64,000 bases of DNA from Raillietiella orientalis (taxonomy: Eukaryota). The position numbers and the translations under genes were made by a program. The notes beneath the pieces were generated by a model. It had not been told where the DNA came from. It saw only the letters and a list, made by a program, of their open reading frames with translations, and did not search any database. How positions within the stretch are numbered: position 1 is the first letter of the stretch; every line of letters begins with the position of its first letter. Below are positions 34,675 to 46,480 of the stretch, one piece after another. Where the stretch lies: positions 496,001 to 560,000 of the forward strand of contig JAYWIR010000055.1 of NCBI GenBank assembly GCA_036172245.1. Direction: 5' to 3'.

Positions 34675-37600
34675 TATCACCCAGTCATGCAGGGGCATTC
34701 ATTCCATAAAGTAATAAAAATACATTGGTGCAGTAGAACCGCTGGTTCTACCACTTGCAATGAGCCTTCCCGAGACCTGTCTGCAGACCGGCGAGGATCG
34801 CTTCGGCAGTGTGGGGAAAAAAAGAACAAAAACAACAGTAAACAAACAGAACTGCGGAGGAAAGCAATTACACAGGAAGGAAGGGAGGCGGGAACCAGAG
34901 TAGGGATCACCGTACGCTGCCAGGCGTACTCTGCATCCTGTTCAGGGTACTGGTAAGTTCTTTCCGTCTCTCGCCCATCTCGAGGCAGTCTTCAGGAAGA
35001 TCCGCGCTCAGTGAATGTCGTCCCTTCCATCCCGGCCTCTTCTGGCGTTCCAGGTGGCCTTCATCCCGCTGACGGAGCAGAGAACTATGAGGGATGCAGC
35101 TGGAGGCACTGCAGCATGCGTAAAGAGGCATCTGAAAATGTCCCTAGAGGCGCCCGCCGGGATACTTAGGATCATCACGAGATCCCCAAGGGGTCGGAGG
35201 GCAGCACAGTCCAACAGCAGGTGCAGGAGGTCTCCTTTTCCCGCACCTGTCGCACTAAGTGCCCACGCTCCCCCGTGTCCAGTGATGAAGGGACTCACGG
35301 GACTCCCCCATGCAATATCAGCAACGCAGACCCCTGCCACTTAAGGGGTAGGAAGTTACTGTTTCCCAGCACGCTTGGGGCCTCCTCCGGAGGATTATCG
35401 AGCAGCTCTGCCTAGCGTGGAAGTCCTTGGGGTGGGACACTTAGGGTCACTGCCGAGTTGTCCACGGTCCCAATGGTTTCTTCTTTGCAGCTATGCAGCA
35501 GGTCACTTCCCACCTTGCTGGCATGGCGCTGTCCCTTCCGTCCCTTGGAAAGGGCAGCATTGGAGCAACGGGGGTAGACGAGGTCCACAGCATCTTCTGC
35601 GGGTTGCGGACGATCTCCTCCAACGGCTTGCGAGTGTTGATGCCTTGCTGCAGGCAGGCGCACCCCGCCTCGCTCGCGCCTTGGATCTTTCCCCAGTAGA
35701 AGACCGACTCCTGAAGCCAGGCAATGCAGTTCGCAGGTAGGCAGACGATCCAGGAGTTCTCCTCGGCCAGATCAACCATCTGGCAGAGTTGGTATCCACA
35801 ATGCCTCAGCAGTCCCTCGCGAGCGACAAGGAGGGATGCGAGTCCCTCTTAGTCGGTTGCGCTCTTCACGAGGAGGCGTGATGGTACAAACCAGAGCGTG
35901 GTCCCTCATATCGCCGCGAGGGCGACTCTTCTGAGCTGGAGCTGGCGCTCCATCCTCTCCAGTGGCCCGTTCCTGCAAGTAAAACTTGCCGTTCTGGAAA
36001 GAGCCGAGCGCCATTTCTACTTTTTGGAGACGTCCGTACCAGGCTTCTGCAACGCAGAAGTCCCCCAACGGTACAAGTACTCGCCCATGGGGGTCCCCAA
36101 GCAGATCTACTCCGGCAGACCTAGTCCGGTCCACGTCGCACCGACCGGCACTATAGAACTGCACTTCGCCCTCTTCACCTCGAGTTCCGTGTTGCGGCTG
36201 AGCGGCTCGAAGTCTTGGAATGCAGAAGCTCGAGTGCACATTGGAGCTTCAACTCTAGTTCAAAACTCTTGCCCTCGTGGCTAAGTTGTAGAGCACCATC
36301 TGGTGACCCCGCATGCCTCATCGTCAGGCAGGCCACTGGTAGCGCGAGACTTGCGCCCTTCCTTGTACGCTGTCGCAGCAACATTTGCCATTGTGGACTG
36401 AAGCTTCGGCAGGTGGTCACGCTCACCAGGAAGAACATAGGATTGATCTCCTGCTGACCCGCGAACGGTAGTGCCCGGTTGCAGGAAACCATCCGCGAAT
36501 GGGCGAGAAGCAGGTGCGACCTTTCCTGTACGTGCGGAGCAACAGCTGCACGCTCCAGGAGATCATGGAAAATCCCATGAAGAGTGCGTGGGCAAGAGGA
36601 ACCTTCCTCGCAGCCGCGCTGCCCTCTCTGAGGGAATATCTTGGCTGCAGTCATGCGGCTAGATGAGAGGTTTGTGTGGAAATCTCCGCAAGGAGAAAAG
36701 GACTGCTAGTGGACGACGGGCCAGCTCATCGACGCTCCGACCCCGGTTGCTCGACTTCGTGTACTTTTGCGCTGGAATGTGCAACTAGGTATTTCGGAGG
36801 AAGACCTGCTGTGGTCCCCGGCGCACCCTCATGAACACCCTCACCCTCACCCTTTCCTTAAATTGGCGGGAGTCGTCGTTGCTGCTGCTGCACTAGGGCC
36901 TACCGTGCAATTCCCACCGGAATTTCTGGACACGGGGTATGTATGGACCCCAACTGTGGCAGGTGCAGGGTGCACGAGTCCCTCTCCCACCTACTTGTGG
37001 CACCTGTGTTGTCCTCCGACCCCTCTGGGAACGCTTTGCCGCGATCCAAGGAGCCCCGGCAGCAACTCCAAAGACTCTTTGCAACCCTTCCTCCCACGCG
37101 ACGCACTTCGGCCGGCAGTCTCAATGCAGCCCTCTGCTGCCTACGCGGGATCATCTCTGCCTGGAGCTCTGCAAGAGAAGAACGCAATGACAGGAGTGCC
37201 ACATCCACTTTGCCCTTCCGCTTTCTGAGGATGGCAACGAGATGGCCCTACCTGAACATCTCCATCCAGCAAGAGCTTGCCAGCATCCTCCAAGGGATGC
37301 AGAGGCTCGCCCCCAGAAGACAGTGATCCTTTCCCTTCCCTTCCCTTCTCGCACCTCACGCCACACCTCGAAATTATTTTATTTTTATTTTTTGTTTCTT
37401 CTTTTTTTTGTTCGTCCCCTTCCCTCTGCTGACGAGGCGACCACGTCAGTATGCGAACCGGTGACCCGGAAGGTTACCTCAAAAAGGACGGGGTTCGATG
37501 ACCACTGGTCCAACCACAGAATTGTAAATATCTATTTGTTTTATAAATAAACGCCCCGGCGTATCCGGGTGAAAGTCGAGTGATGACTCCCGGGCGGACA

Positions 37601-37865
37601 TGGGGAGTGGTAGCAGAAGATCGTCGGCATATGCCGACAAGGCAGGCATGCCAGGACACAAGATCTGCAGGGTTGCCAGAGTCTCTCTGTACGTCTTCAG
37701 CACCAACTCAAAGTAGGTGCTGAAGATAAGGGGGCCAAGGCTGTCATCCTTTCGTATACCGCATCCGACCGACACGCCATGCACCGTCTTTCCAGTGAAA
37801 GAGATGTCGATGGGTGCATGGAGCCAGCTGGAGCGCAGGTAGGCCGCGAACCCCATGCGTTCCAA
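34675..37865 (-). mobile_element. Decayed L1/Tx1-like LINE, copy A (RT core to 3' UTR), interrupted by copy B at 36237-37575
   Basis: GCGIRKDDSLGPLIF...LSAYADDL (37870-37610); RT resumes at ~36230 (FEPLSRNTELEVKRAKC), then VPLG...W...LQK...GKFYLQERA, LPLKWQ..LLILHG, HLLLDC, then the conserved 3' UTR/terminal motif. Many stops and frameshifts. Confidence 0.8.
36237..37575 (+). mobile_element. 5'-truncated copy B of the same LINE family, inserted antisense into copy A, flanked by TCGAGTG duplication
   Basis: LRWNVQLGISEEDLLW, LNWRESSLLLLH*GLPCN, MDPNCGRCRVHESLSHLL (C-terminal zinc motif), 3' UTR and terminal aataaacgccccggcgtatccgggtg. TCGAGTG at 36230-36236 and 37576-37582. Confidence 0.8.
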
Positions 37866-38009
37866 AAGCCCCAGAAGGAGTTTTAATGATGATGAAATCC
37901 TTTCGGGGGTTCTTCTATTTCCACTTCTTTCTTTTCAGCTGTTTTTTTCCCCTTTTCCTCAAGGATTCCTTCCGCCTCCCTAGGGTGGCGTTCACGAAGC
38001 GCTTTGACT

Positions 38010-38640
38010 CTAATTCCACGCCACCCGAGGGTACGTATAGCAACTCTTCAATTCACAGGGGGTGCCCCGGGATAGGACCACCCTGTGGATCCAGGAAAGC
38101 TGTGGAGGGAGGAGACTGTCCCTCTCTTACGCTTGATAGGGAAACTCAGGAGGGGAACCGCCTCTTCCATGTTCCTCCCGAAGGGACGCTCCCCAGTTCT
38201 CTGAAGGGCGCTCTCCGAAACGAATAGTGAGCACCTCCTCACACTCTGAAAAGACAGCTTCCTGAGGAAGGGGGGCAGCCAACCAGCTCCATGGCACGCA
38301 ACGGAAGGTCACCCCCCGAGGACGGTGACGATTCCATTTGCACAACCCCGAATGGCTCCTGGATTCTTGGAAGGACCCGGAGGGGATGACCCGGAGCGTC
38401 AACTTCCAATACAGTCCGGTCAGTAGGAGAGAAGGAGGATTCAGTTTCCGGCTGCTTCCGCCAGTGGCTCTGCAGCCGAAGCCACGTCACCGGCGCCATC
38501 CTGCTAAAAGGGAGAGACTCGAAACCCACGACGCATCCCCAATTTCTGGCATCGCCCCTTCCCCGGTCGGACCCGCGAGGCTTGACGCCACGCGCGGCGG
38601 CCGCTGCCGCACGGTTGGGCCAACGCGGACCATGTGGCTT
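38010..38640 (-). mobile_element. Copy of tRNA-headed SINE-like family
   Basis: Colinear with 48255-48870 (gcaggatggcgc, ttcca.gaatccaggagcc, tcaagcgtaagagagg.acag.ctcctccctcc, gctttcctggat, acgtaccc.cgggtggcg). Confidence 0.65.
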
Positions 38641-38642
38641 GG

Positions 38643-39900
38643 CACCTGGTCACGCCGGGGGGTCTATTCACATGAAATAAACGTAGATGTCGGTGGCAGG
38701 ATGTTTGGTCCTGCCACGTCACAAATGTAACCATGGGAACCTGCCGAGAGCCAGCATGTACGCAGGCCGGCAAGGTTCGTTTCGGCAGCGGAGGGAAAGG
38801 AAGAGCGACAAAAAAGAAAAATGAAACCAAAAATGTATACAAAAAAATGGGAGAGTTCTGGAAGGGATCACTGGATGCTGGAAGGTATCCGGTGATCTTG
38901 TTGTTGCACAGGAGGTCCCACATGCAACAACAGGATCGCCTCCCCCGGCCACTTGAGGAGATGGCACCACTGCTCCTCCAGAACTCCGGGGGGCGCTTCA
39001 CCTCCTCCGGGGGGATGCCGAGCAGTTCTCCCCAGCGTAGCAGTCCTGTGGGGTGGGATGTAGCGTCTGCCAGCTCACGAGTTGCCCACCGCCCACTCAG
39101 ATGTTTCTTTTCATTCCTCACGCTGCTTCCCGCATCATCGGAAGTTGACCGTCCTTCGCTCCTCTCAGGGAGGGCAGAACCGGTGCGAGGGGGTGGACGA
39201 CACCCAAAGCACCCAGTTACCGAGGATCTTCCTCAGCTACTGATGGGAGTATCTGCTGTTCCCAAGGCAAATGAACTCTGCTTCCTTGCTCGTGCCGTTG
39301 ATCATGCCCCAGGCGAGAACTGACTCCTGCAGCCAGGTAGTGCGGTTCGCGGGGAGATCGAGGGCCTTCGTTGAAACGAAACAACCGTTCGACGAAGTTG
39401 AGAGCCGAGATGTTTCAGACTTCGCCCGGTGGCCACGACGACTGAGGTCAGTCCCTAGCAGCCGGTTGCGCGCTTGGCGAGGGTTCGCTCCGGAGCGCAC
39501 CAAAGAGTGGTCCGCAGCGTGGACGCAAGGGCGAGTCTTCGGAATCGGGGATGAGGCTCCATTTGCTCCAGCTTGGAGAGGGCCAGGCCACCATCCTTAC
39601 GTGGAGCGCAACGGTCCTTTAACCAAACTCTGCGCCCCATAGGGTTTCCTGAGGAGGTCCTCGGTCCTCTTTTGGATGGCCACCGGGGCGGGACAGACAA
39701 AAAGCAGGGGAGGGGGGGGGGGTACGCGAACGCACCTTCCACACCGCGGCCCGTCTCGGCGGCCAGTGAGGCTGTCGTCCCGTAACAGGCCGAGCGCCAC
39801 TCCCACTTATGGAAGACTGCCGGACTACGAGTGGCCCCGACTGTGGAGGCAACACGTACGCCATGCGAAAAAAGCAACGTTTTGCCGGCCCTTGGGAGAG
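38643..39900 (-). mobile_element. Decayed LINE copy C (C-terminal ORF2 + 3' UTR)
   Basis: GGLALSKLE, LPANRTTWLQESVLAWG (cf. LPANCIAWLQESVFYWG in copy A), GLLRWGELLGIPPEE, and the same 3' UTR and terminal motif. 5' boundary approximate. Confidence 0.7.
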
Positions 39901-40708
39901 GCGCCTGCAGCTTCTACAGGACCCCTTCCTTCGGCGAATCCTGTGATCCCCGTGAACCAGCCATCGGAGGATCTCACCGGTGCCTCGAAAGGGACCATAC
40001 CCCGGGACACGCGCGAAGACCCTTCTCGGCACTCGACCTCCCAACAACCGGAAGTCGGAGAGTACTCTCCCCCCCCTTCCCCAATCTTCCGACGGAAGGC
40101 CAAGAGTCAGGAACGATCTGTCCCGGAGGGTGGGTGTCGGGGGCGCCGCCCATCCCCAGGGCCGGTCGCCCCGGCGTGAGGGGCGCCGCCGGGAGCTCCT
40201 TGGAGGACTCTCGCGGTTGCCGTCGCCGCCGTCTATCCATGGCAACCCGCGCCGCCGCTCGCCAAAGCGGGCAGGGCACCAGTCGGTCCGAGCCTCGCCC
40301 CTTCCCCCCCCTTCGGCAAGCCGGTTTTCTTGCCCGTCCCAGGGTCGAATACAGGGGCTGAGATCAGCTCGAACCCGCAGCCACGAGGATGAGGCTCTCC
40401 CTCCACCGGGTGGACTTTGATGAGCGCCATCTACCCTGAGGGAAGTGGCTGCAAACCGCCTTTCGCCTTCACTCCCGCCTCCGAGTTCCCTCCAACTTCG
40501 GCCTGGACGAGTCGAGTTCGCCTTCCTGAGAGGGTCCGCCTCTCCTCGCTTCCGGGTGCCCCGGAGCTCGCGGAGGGGCCGACACTCTGGGAAGAGGCGG
40601 CGGAAGCGGCTATTCCCGCCCAGCCCGTTTTCCTTCGCTGCCGCGGAGCGCCCGAGGGCACGCGGCACACGAGGCGATGACCTCGTTCTGGAGCACCGGA
40701 TCCGGAAA

Positions 40709-40770
40709 GATGAACGGATGGATAGATGCATGGATGGATAGGTGGGTGGATAGGAGAATAGAAGGATCGA
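40709..40770. repeat. Degenerate (GGAT/AGAT)n tetranucleotide repeat
   Basis: gatgaacggatggatagatgcatggatggataggtgggtggatagg. Confidence 0.8.
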
Positions 40771-40899
40771 TGCACCTTATTCTTGACAGAAAACCATCCC
40801 ACCTTCCCCCGAACCACCATCCCGCGCGAAAACCGGTGCCGCAGACGGTCGCTTTTCCACAACGCGTGCTTCCCCATCTAGTCGAAACGGAACTGAGGG

Positions 40900-41338
40900 C
40901 GGAGGTCGGTCTCTGCTTGGCCTCCTCCCGCGAGCTATTCTGCTTGTCCTTGAAGAAGATGCGCTTCACCCAGCTGGCGCGGTGCCAGTTGGACCCCTGC
41001 CGGCGCTACTGCTGCGCCCGCTCCGTCTCCTGTTTGCAGCGTAGTCGATCGACCAGTGCCCTGACCTCGCCGTCGTTTCACTTGTCACGGGGCACCTCGT
41101 CGTTCCTGGTGCGGGCGTCCAGGTTGGCGCCATTCTCCATCAGCAGCTCCAGGACGTCCGAGCAGGCGGCGGAGCGGATCGGCTGCCACTCGCTGCAGTC
41201 CCTGATGTCCGTGGACACGTGGGGCTCCTCGAAGAGGTACGCGTCCACGTCGGAGCACCCGTTCGCCGCCCCCACGTTCAGGGGAGTTGCCCCGTGGGCG
41301 CCCTTGTACTCCAGTTCACCTCCCTCGCTGACCAGGAG
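40900..41338 (-). pseudogene. Ankyrin-repeat pseudogene fragment resembling PPP1R16A/B (MYPT3/TIMAP; fly MYPT-75D)
   Basis: One frame: GGELEYKGAHGATPLNVGAANG...HVSTDIRDCSEWQPIRSAAC-SDVLELLMENGANLDARTRNDEVPRDK*NDGEVRALVDRLRCKQETERAQQ*RR...VKRIFFKDK. Two in-frame stops, and the conserved His residues and the WGH segment are lost. Confidence 0.72.
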
Positions 41339-43959
41339 CTGCAGAAGGGGAAACGAAGGAAAGGTCCTTTGAATGATGCCCCTTTCTCTCCATGCCCGCC
41401 CGTTCGGATTTCCGAGGCGTTCTCTTCGGATGTGTTGCGATGGGATACCGCGCAGTGTGCATCAGGAAGAGCGTTCGGATGCACTGGGTGTTCCGCCCAC
41501 GGCCAAGCAGCTGCAGATGCTGGTCCAGAAGTAAGTGTGGTTGGAAGTGCGGTGTTCCACGATTCATTCGCATCCTCATCTCGTTGATGATGCGCGTCCC
41601 TCGTTCAGCTGGAGCGTTGCTCTGCTCATGCACGCGCCCGTCAAATCTCCGTCCGCAAATCTGCTCTTCGTCCGCTACCTCTTTCCTCCCGAGATGAACG
41701 CGGCGACGGGCCGTTCTTTCGTGCTTGCCTGCTGACAGGAGAAGAATGGTCTCTTTTTCAACTGTAAAGGTCAACCACGGAAGACGGTGGAAAGGCCGTG
41801 CCCACCGCCATCCAAAAAATACACAGCAAGTGACGCCTGCGTGTTTCTAGGGTCGTTTCCTCCCGAGGAGAGGGGTGGAGGAGGGTGGGTGCGTCGAGTC
41901 GATGGTTCGTCTCAAAGGATATCTTCTGTCTGCCGATCGGTGAAACATCAGTCGGAATTGATCACAAAATACCAATAACAGATTGACTTTGATTGATCAC
42001 CAGCACGGTAGTGGGAGGGGGGAAGAGAGAGAGAGAACGGATGACGATCCATGCTGATAGCATTTCTACGCATTCCCGCAGATTTGTTAGAAAACTCCTA
42101 CGCGATTAGAGTGAAGTGGAGGACCCCCACTCAAAATGGTAGGATCTGCTTCCGCTGTTTACATTTCCGAAAGCAAATGCCTGCGCTCTCCAGCGGTTCG
42201 ATGTTTGGGTTTTCTGTTCATTTTATGGGGATTTGATTTTTGCCCGCGCTGTTTGCACAAGTGGACCAGAGGAGGGACGCAATTGGGAACGCGCGTCGCT
42301 CGCCGGAAGACATCAGTGTTTCCTCGCGCGCTCGGCGCGACCCCATCCGTTTCCGCAATGCTAATCGGGAAAAATCCGAAGCGACCGACCCCGCGTCCTG
42401 GCAAACTCTTCGATTGGTTTTGCCGGCCACGGACTTTTCAATTAGTAGCTGTTTTTTCCGGATTGTCGCATTCCCCCCCCCATCCACGTGGTTTTCAGTG
42501 TTGCCACGCGAATCCTTTCCTGTGTCGTTTCGCATCATTTTTCCAACGTGGCTGCTGATCCACGGCGGCGGGATCCACGCCCCTAATTTGTAACTGCAAA
42601 ACGCTGTTTGCATTCCATCGTCTCCGAAGTACTGAGGAATTTCCTCCCCGAATCCTTAAGCGGACACTGATTGATTGCGAGCCGGAGAGGTGCATTACGG
42701 CACGATGATGTTTCAATCCGGAAGGCTTTCAGCACAGCTTCTGCGAACAAATCGCCTACCAGCATACCATTCATTTTTCTTGGCAAAACTGCGAGATCGC
42801 TCCACACAATCAGACCGTGGGTTAACAACGGGTGCTTGCAGTTTCATCAGCAAAGGGCCCACCTTAGGGATTGGGGAAATGTGGATCGGGAAACGCAGGA
42901 GGTTCTTCCTTTCTGCGAAAGGCGATTGCGGGATCTTTTGCTGCTGCTGCTGCTGAAAATGTTCATCAGCCAACGTCAGTTATCAGCCACCAGTCAACGG
43001 TTAGCGCCGTTTCCTTCCGTGACAGTGATGCCACTCTCAATGTGTGCATGAAATTCGAGTTTTTCACGAGGGCAGATTGCACATGGAAAACATCCACATG
43101 CAAATCATTACAAAAAGAATTTGAGAACAGCAAAGAAAGTTAACCATTCAGATCGCAATCTACAAACACAGGATGCTTTTTTTCGAGGTAGCTTTTTTTT
43201 TTTTCTTCTTCTTTCGTCCCTCGAGCGAGCTCTGACTGGGAAGCGAAAGCATCGCTCATTCGGGAAGTTTATCGGCTTCTGCTTCTTCCTCTTTTTCAAT
43301 TTTTCCCGTGCAACTCTTTGACGGGCAAATCTTCCGGCGTGCGTGAATGGCATCAGAGCACGCGAAATTCCAGTTCGGCTCCGGCGCAACGGCACTCTGG
43401 TATTCACCACGTGCTCCTTCGCCGGCCTAATCTTGCGGCCAACGCGGGGCTGGCGCTGAGGACGGCAGGAGAGTCCTCAGCACGCATATCGCGAGGGAAA
43501 GTCCCGTTAGCGACGCTCGGGACATCCATCTGTGTTGAGGGAAGATGCAGATGGCCCGTCCCAACGCCGCGGATAACGAGGGATGACTACGCTCGAAGGA
43601 AGCGGAGTTGTTGAACTTCAAAGAACACCAGTACGTTCCTGTACCCCAGTGCTGTCCATGCAGCTCTCCTTGCTTTCCCACGGTATCCTGTATGGAGAGG
43701 GAGGGGGGGGGGGAGTTCAAAAAGGGTCATTCCAGGGTCGCAACCGTCGTCGACGCTGGGGATTTCCCGAGGAAAGCGCCCGAGGTCTTCCGCGCCTCTC
43801 GTCCTCGAAAGAGGGGCAGGGGGTTCAGTGTGGGGACTGACTTTCCTGGAGCGTCACACCAGACCACACCCCTCGCAGCAGCAGCAACAGCCCCGCCGTT
43901 CTCGTCCTGAGGAACCTCCTGGATTCAAACCTCGGGGAAGATCCTGCGTTTCCCTTTCA

Positions 43960-44880
43960 TGAGGAAGAGGAAGCCGACCAAGGGATGCTGGCAAGCTTCT
44001 TACCCTGGTCCCTCCCTGGTCTTCAAGTACGTTGGAGTTCCTTTGGGGACTTCTGCTCGTCAGAAGTCGTGGCCGGCCTGCCTTCTAAAGGAAGAGAGGG
44101 ATCTCGGTCCGCTCCTCGACGGCAAGTTCGTCTTGCTGGAGCGGGCCTCCACCTAGAACAGTTTTGTTGCTCTTCTCCTCCGCATCTTATTTTTTGTTTG
44201 TCCGCCTCCTCATTCGGTGAAGATCCGGGCGCAACCCCTCCTGCGTAAAGCCTTGTGAGGTGCTGCAAGGTCACGGATCCGTTTGAAAAACTTGGTGGTA
44301 CCGCTCCAGGACGCTGGCTCGGGCATCCTGACCTCTATCCTGACCACTGAGAAGATCGGACTGCAGATGCAATTCCGACTTCTCTCCCTGTGTGGTCAAT
44401 TGTGGTCCTCCTTTTGGTGTGTTCTGTCACGCCACATCCTCCAGCGATGCGTCGTGAGCGTAAGGTTTCTTTTGCTGCTGCAGCGCAACCCTACGCCGGA
44501 GGATCGGACTTGGCTACTCTCCTGTCCCCCCTACTGCTAGCATATATGTGGATCTCCTACCTCCCCATGAACTGGAATGCGGCAGGAGGCACCGTAGCCT
44601 TGGGTTTCCACTTTAGAAGCGCTCCCAGAAGAACTGCGACCACTGCAGAATCTGCTGCACAAACAGCTGGGAGATCTTCTGCAGGATTGGACTAAGTGGT
44701 CCCAGATAGCTATCACAGTCCTTGTCGCAGGGCGGAGCAAGCAATGACAGGAGTCAAGCGGCTGGGTGGGAGTTCTCTTGTAACACTGCAGGAGTCGAAA
44801 AACTGAAAGGCTTCAAGGTTGGTGAACGTCGTCACTCCGCGTTTACGGGCAAAGGGACTCCTTCGGTAGAGTGAACTGTT
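43960..44880 (+). mobile_element. Decayed, internally deleted LINE copy D
   Basis: FKYVGVPLG...W...LLK...LGPLLDGKFVLLERA matches copies A and E. 44540-44760 parallels 36935-37200 (gcaatgacaggagt shared). Confidence 0.6.
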
Positions 44881-44885
44881 TGGTT

Positions 44886-46480
44886 TATCACCCGGTCACG
44901 CCGGGGCGTTTATTATGAAAAATAATAAACATACGTGTGTAGGTCCATCAGACCTACATTGTTCGAAGATGCTCAGAAGCTGCCGAATAACCGGCACGCA
45001 GGCCGCCGAGGTTCGCCTCTGCAGCGGAGGAAAGGGGGCAAACAAAAATGAAAATGAAAGAAAAATCAATCATAAAAAAGGAAAACTCTGGGAGGCGCAA
45101 GAAAGGATCGTTGTCCGCTCGAGGGCGTCCTCTGCATCCTTTCCAGGATGTTGGCAATTTCCATCCGGGTATGCTCCAGATGGGTCCATCCAGCTGCCGT
45201 CTACAGGAAGCGCAGGGCGAAGCAGATGGCATCCCTGTCGTGCCGTCCTCCTCTCGCGTGGCTCCAGGCCGCTACCATCCCTCGTAGGCAGCTGCAAAGA
45301 GCTGCTGGCGATGCGGCAAGCGAAAGAGCATCGCGCACGAAGAGGTTCTTCATCACTTCCCTGGGATTGTCCGTCGGTGCCCCAAGGGCCGTTGCCTAAC
45401 GCAACCACAGGGGCCGGAGGGCAACACAGTCCACAAGTAGGTGAGGGAACTGGAATTCCCGTTCCCCTCACCTAAAACAGTTGGGATCCACATCCACCCG
45501 GGTCCAGTGAGACCGGCAGCGTTGCACGGAGGACCCCAGCGCAACAGCAGAATTGCCGAATCCTGCCAATTCAGGGGGAGAACCCGTTTGTTCTTCAGCT
45601 CTGGGGTCCAGTCGAGGTTTTCCTGTGGGATTTCCAGCAACTCACCCCAGCGCAATAGTCCTTTCGGTGGGACGCTTGGGGTCTCAGCGTCCGTGAGCTG
45701 GCCCGTAGTCCAAACACCTAATTCCCTTGTTCGAAGACCTATTTCGCAATTGATCTCCCATTTGGCCGACTGGCTACTGCCCAGGTGCTCTCTGAGGGAG
45801 GGTAGCGCTGCTTCTAGGGTGGTTCTTGGCGGGCTGCACGATGACGTCCTGCAGCGAGCGGTTGTTGTAGGAGTGCAGCAGTCGCTGTCGCATCTCCGGG
45901 ATCGCTTCGTTGTTCTTGGTTCATGTTCGTACGGTTTCCTGAAGCCAGACACCACTGTTCGCGGGCCGAAAGAAGATCCAGTTGTTGGTCCTAGTCAGCT
46001 TAGCCACTCTCCAGAGCTCAAGTCCTCAGCGGGACTCCGTCGCGACGCGTAGCGCACAAGTCCTTCAAGCAGACTCGGAACCTCCCGTTGCTCCGAAGTG
46101 CGATCCTCAGGAGGACCTTCGTCCGCTTCTTGATTCTCCCTGGTGAGGCGCAAACAAAAAGCAGGGAGCGAAGGAGGTAGGCCACGAACGTGTTCCACAC
46201 CGCGGCCCGTTCCGTCAGGAAAAACCTGCCACATTGGAACGGGCCGATCGCCGACTTTGCCTTCTGGAGACGGCTGGACCATGCCCCCTCTGGAGATAGT
46301 CCCGAAACGGTACACTGAGGTACTTAAAGTGCTGAACCGTGGGAATCCCCAAGCGGATTCAGTCCAGCTACCCTGTCCACGACGCACCGACTGACATCAC
46401 TGACGATTTTTCCCTGTTCACCTCCAGTCCTGTCCCGAGGCTCAACAGCTCGTAGGAATCTTCGAGAGCCGACGCCAGGG
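44886..46480 (-). mobile_element. Decayed LINE copy E (RT motif 7 to 3' end), tail-to-tail with copy D
   Basis: FKYLSVP...SRLQKAKSAIGPFQCGRFFLTERAAVWNTFV, KGLLRWGELLEIPQENLDW, LPLNWQDSAILLLRWGPPCN, 3' UTR and terminal aataaacgccccggcgtgaccgggtg. Confidence 0.75.

Noticed and set aside
37425..37480. Hammerhead ribozyme (CTGACGA followed by a short stem) in the LINE 3' UTR
   Set aside because: No GAAA after stem II, and the CUGANGA core is absent from the other three copies
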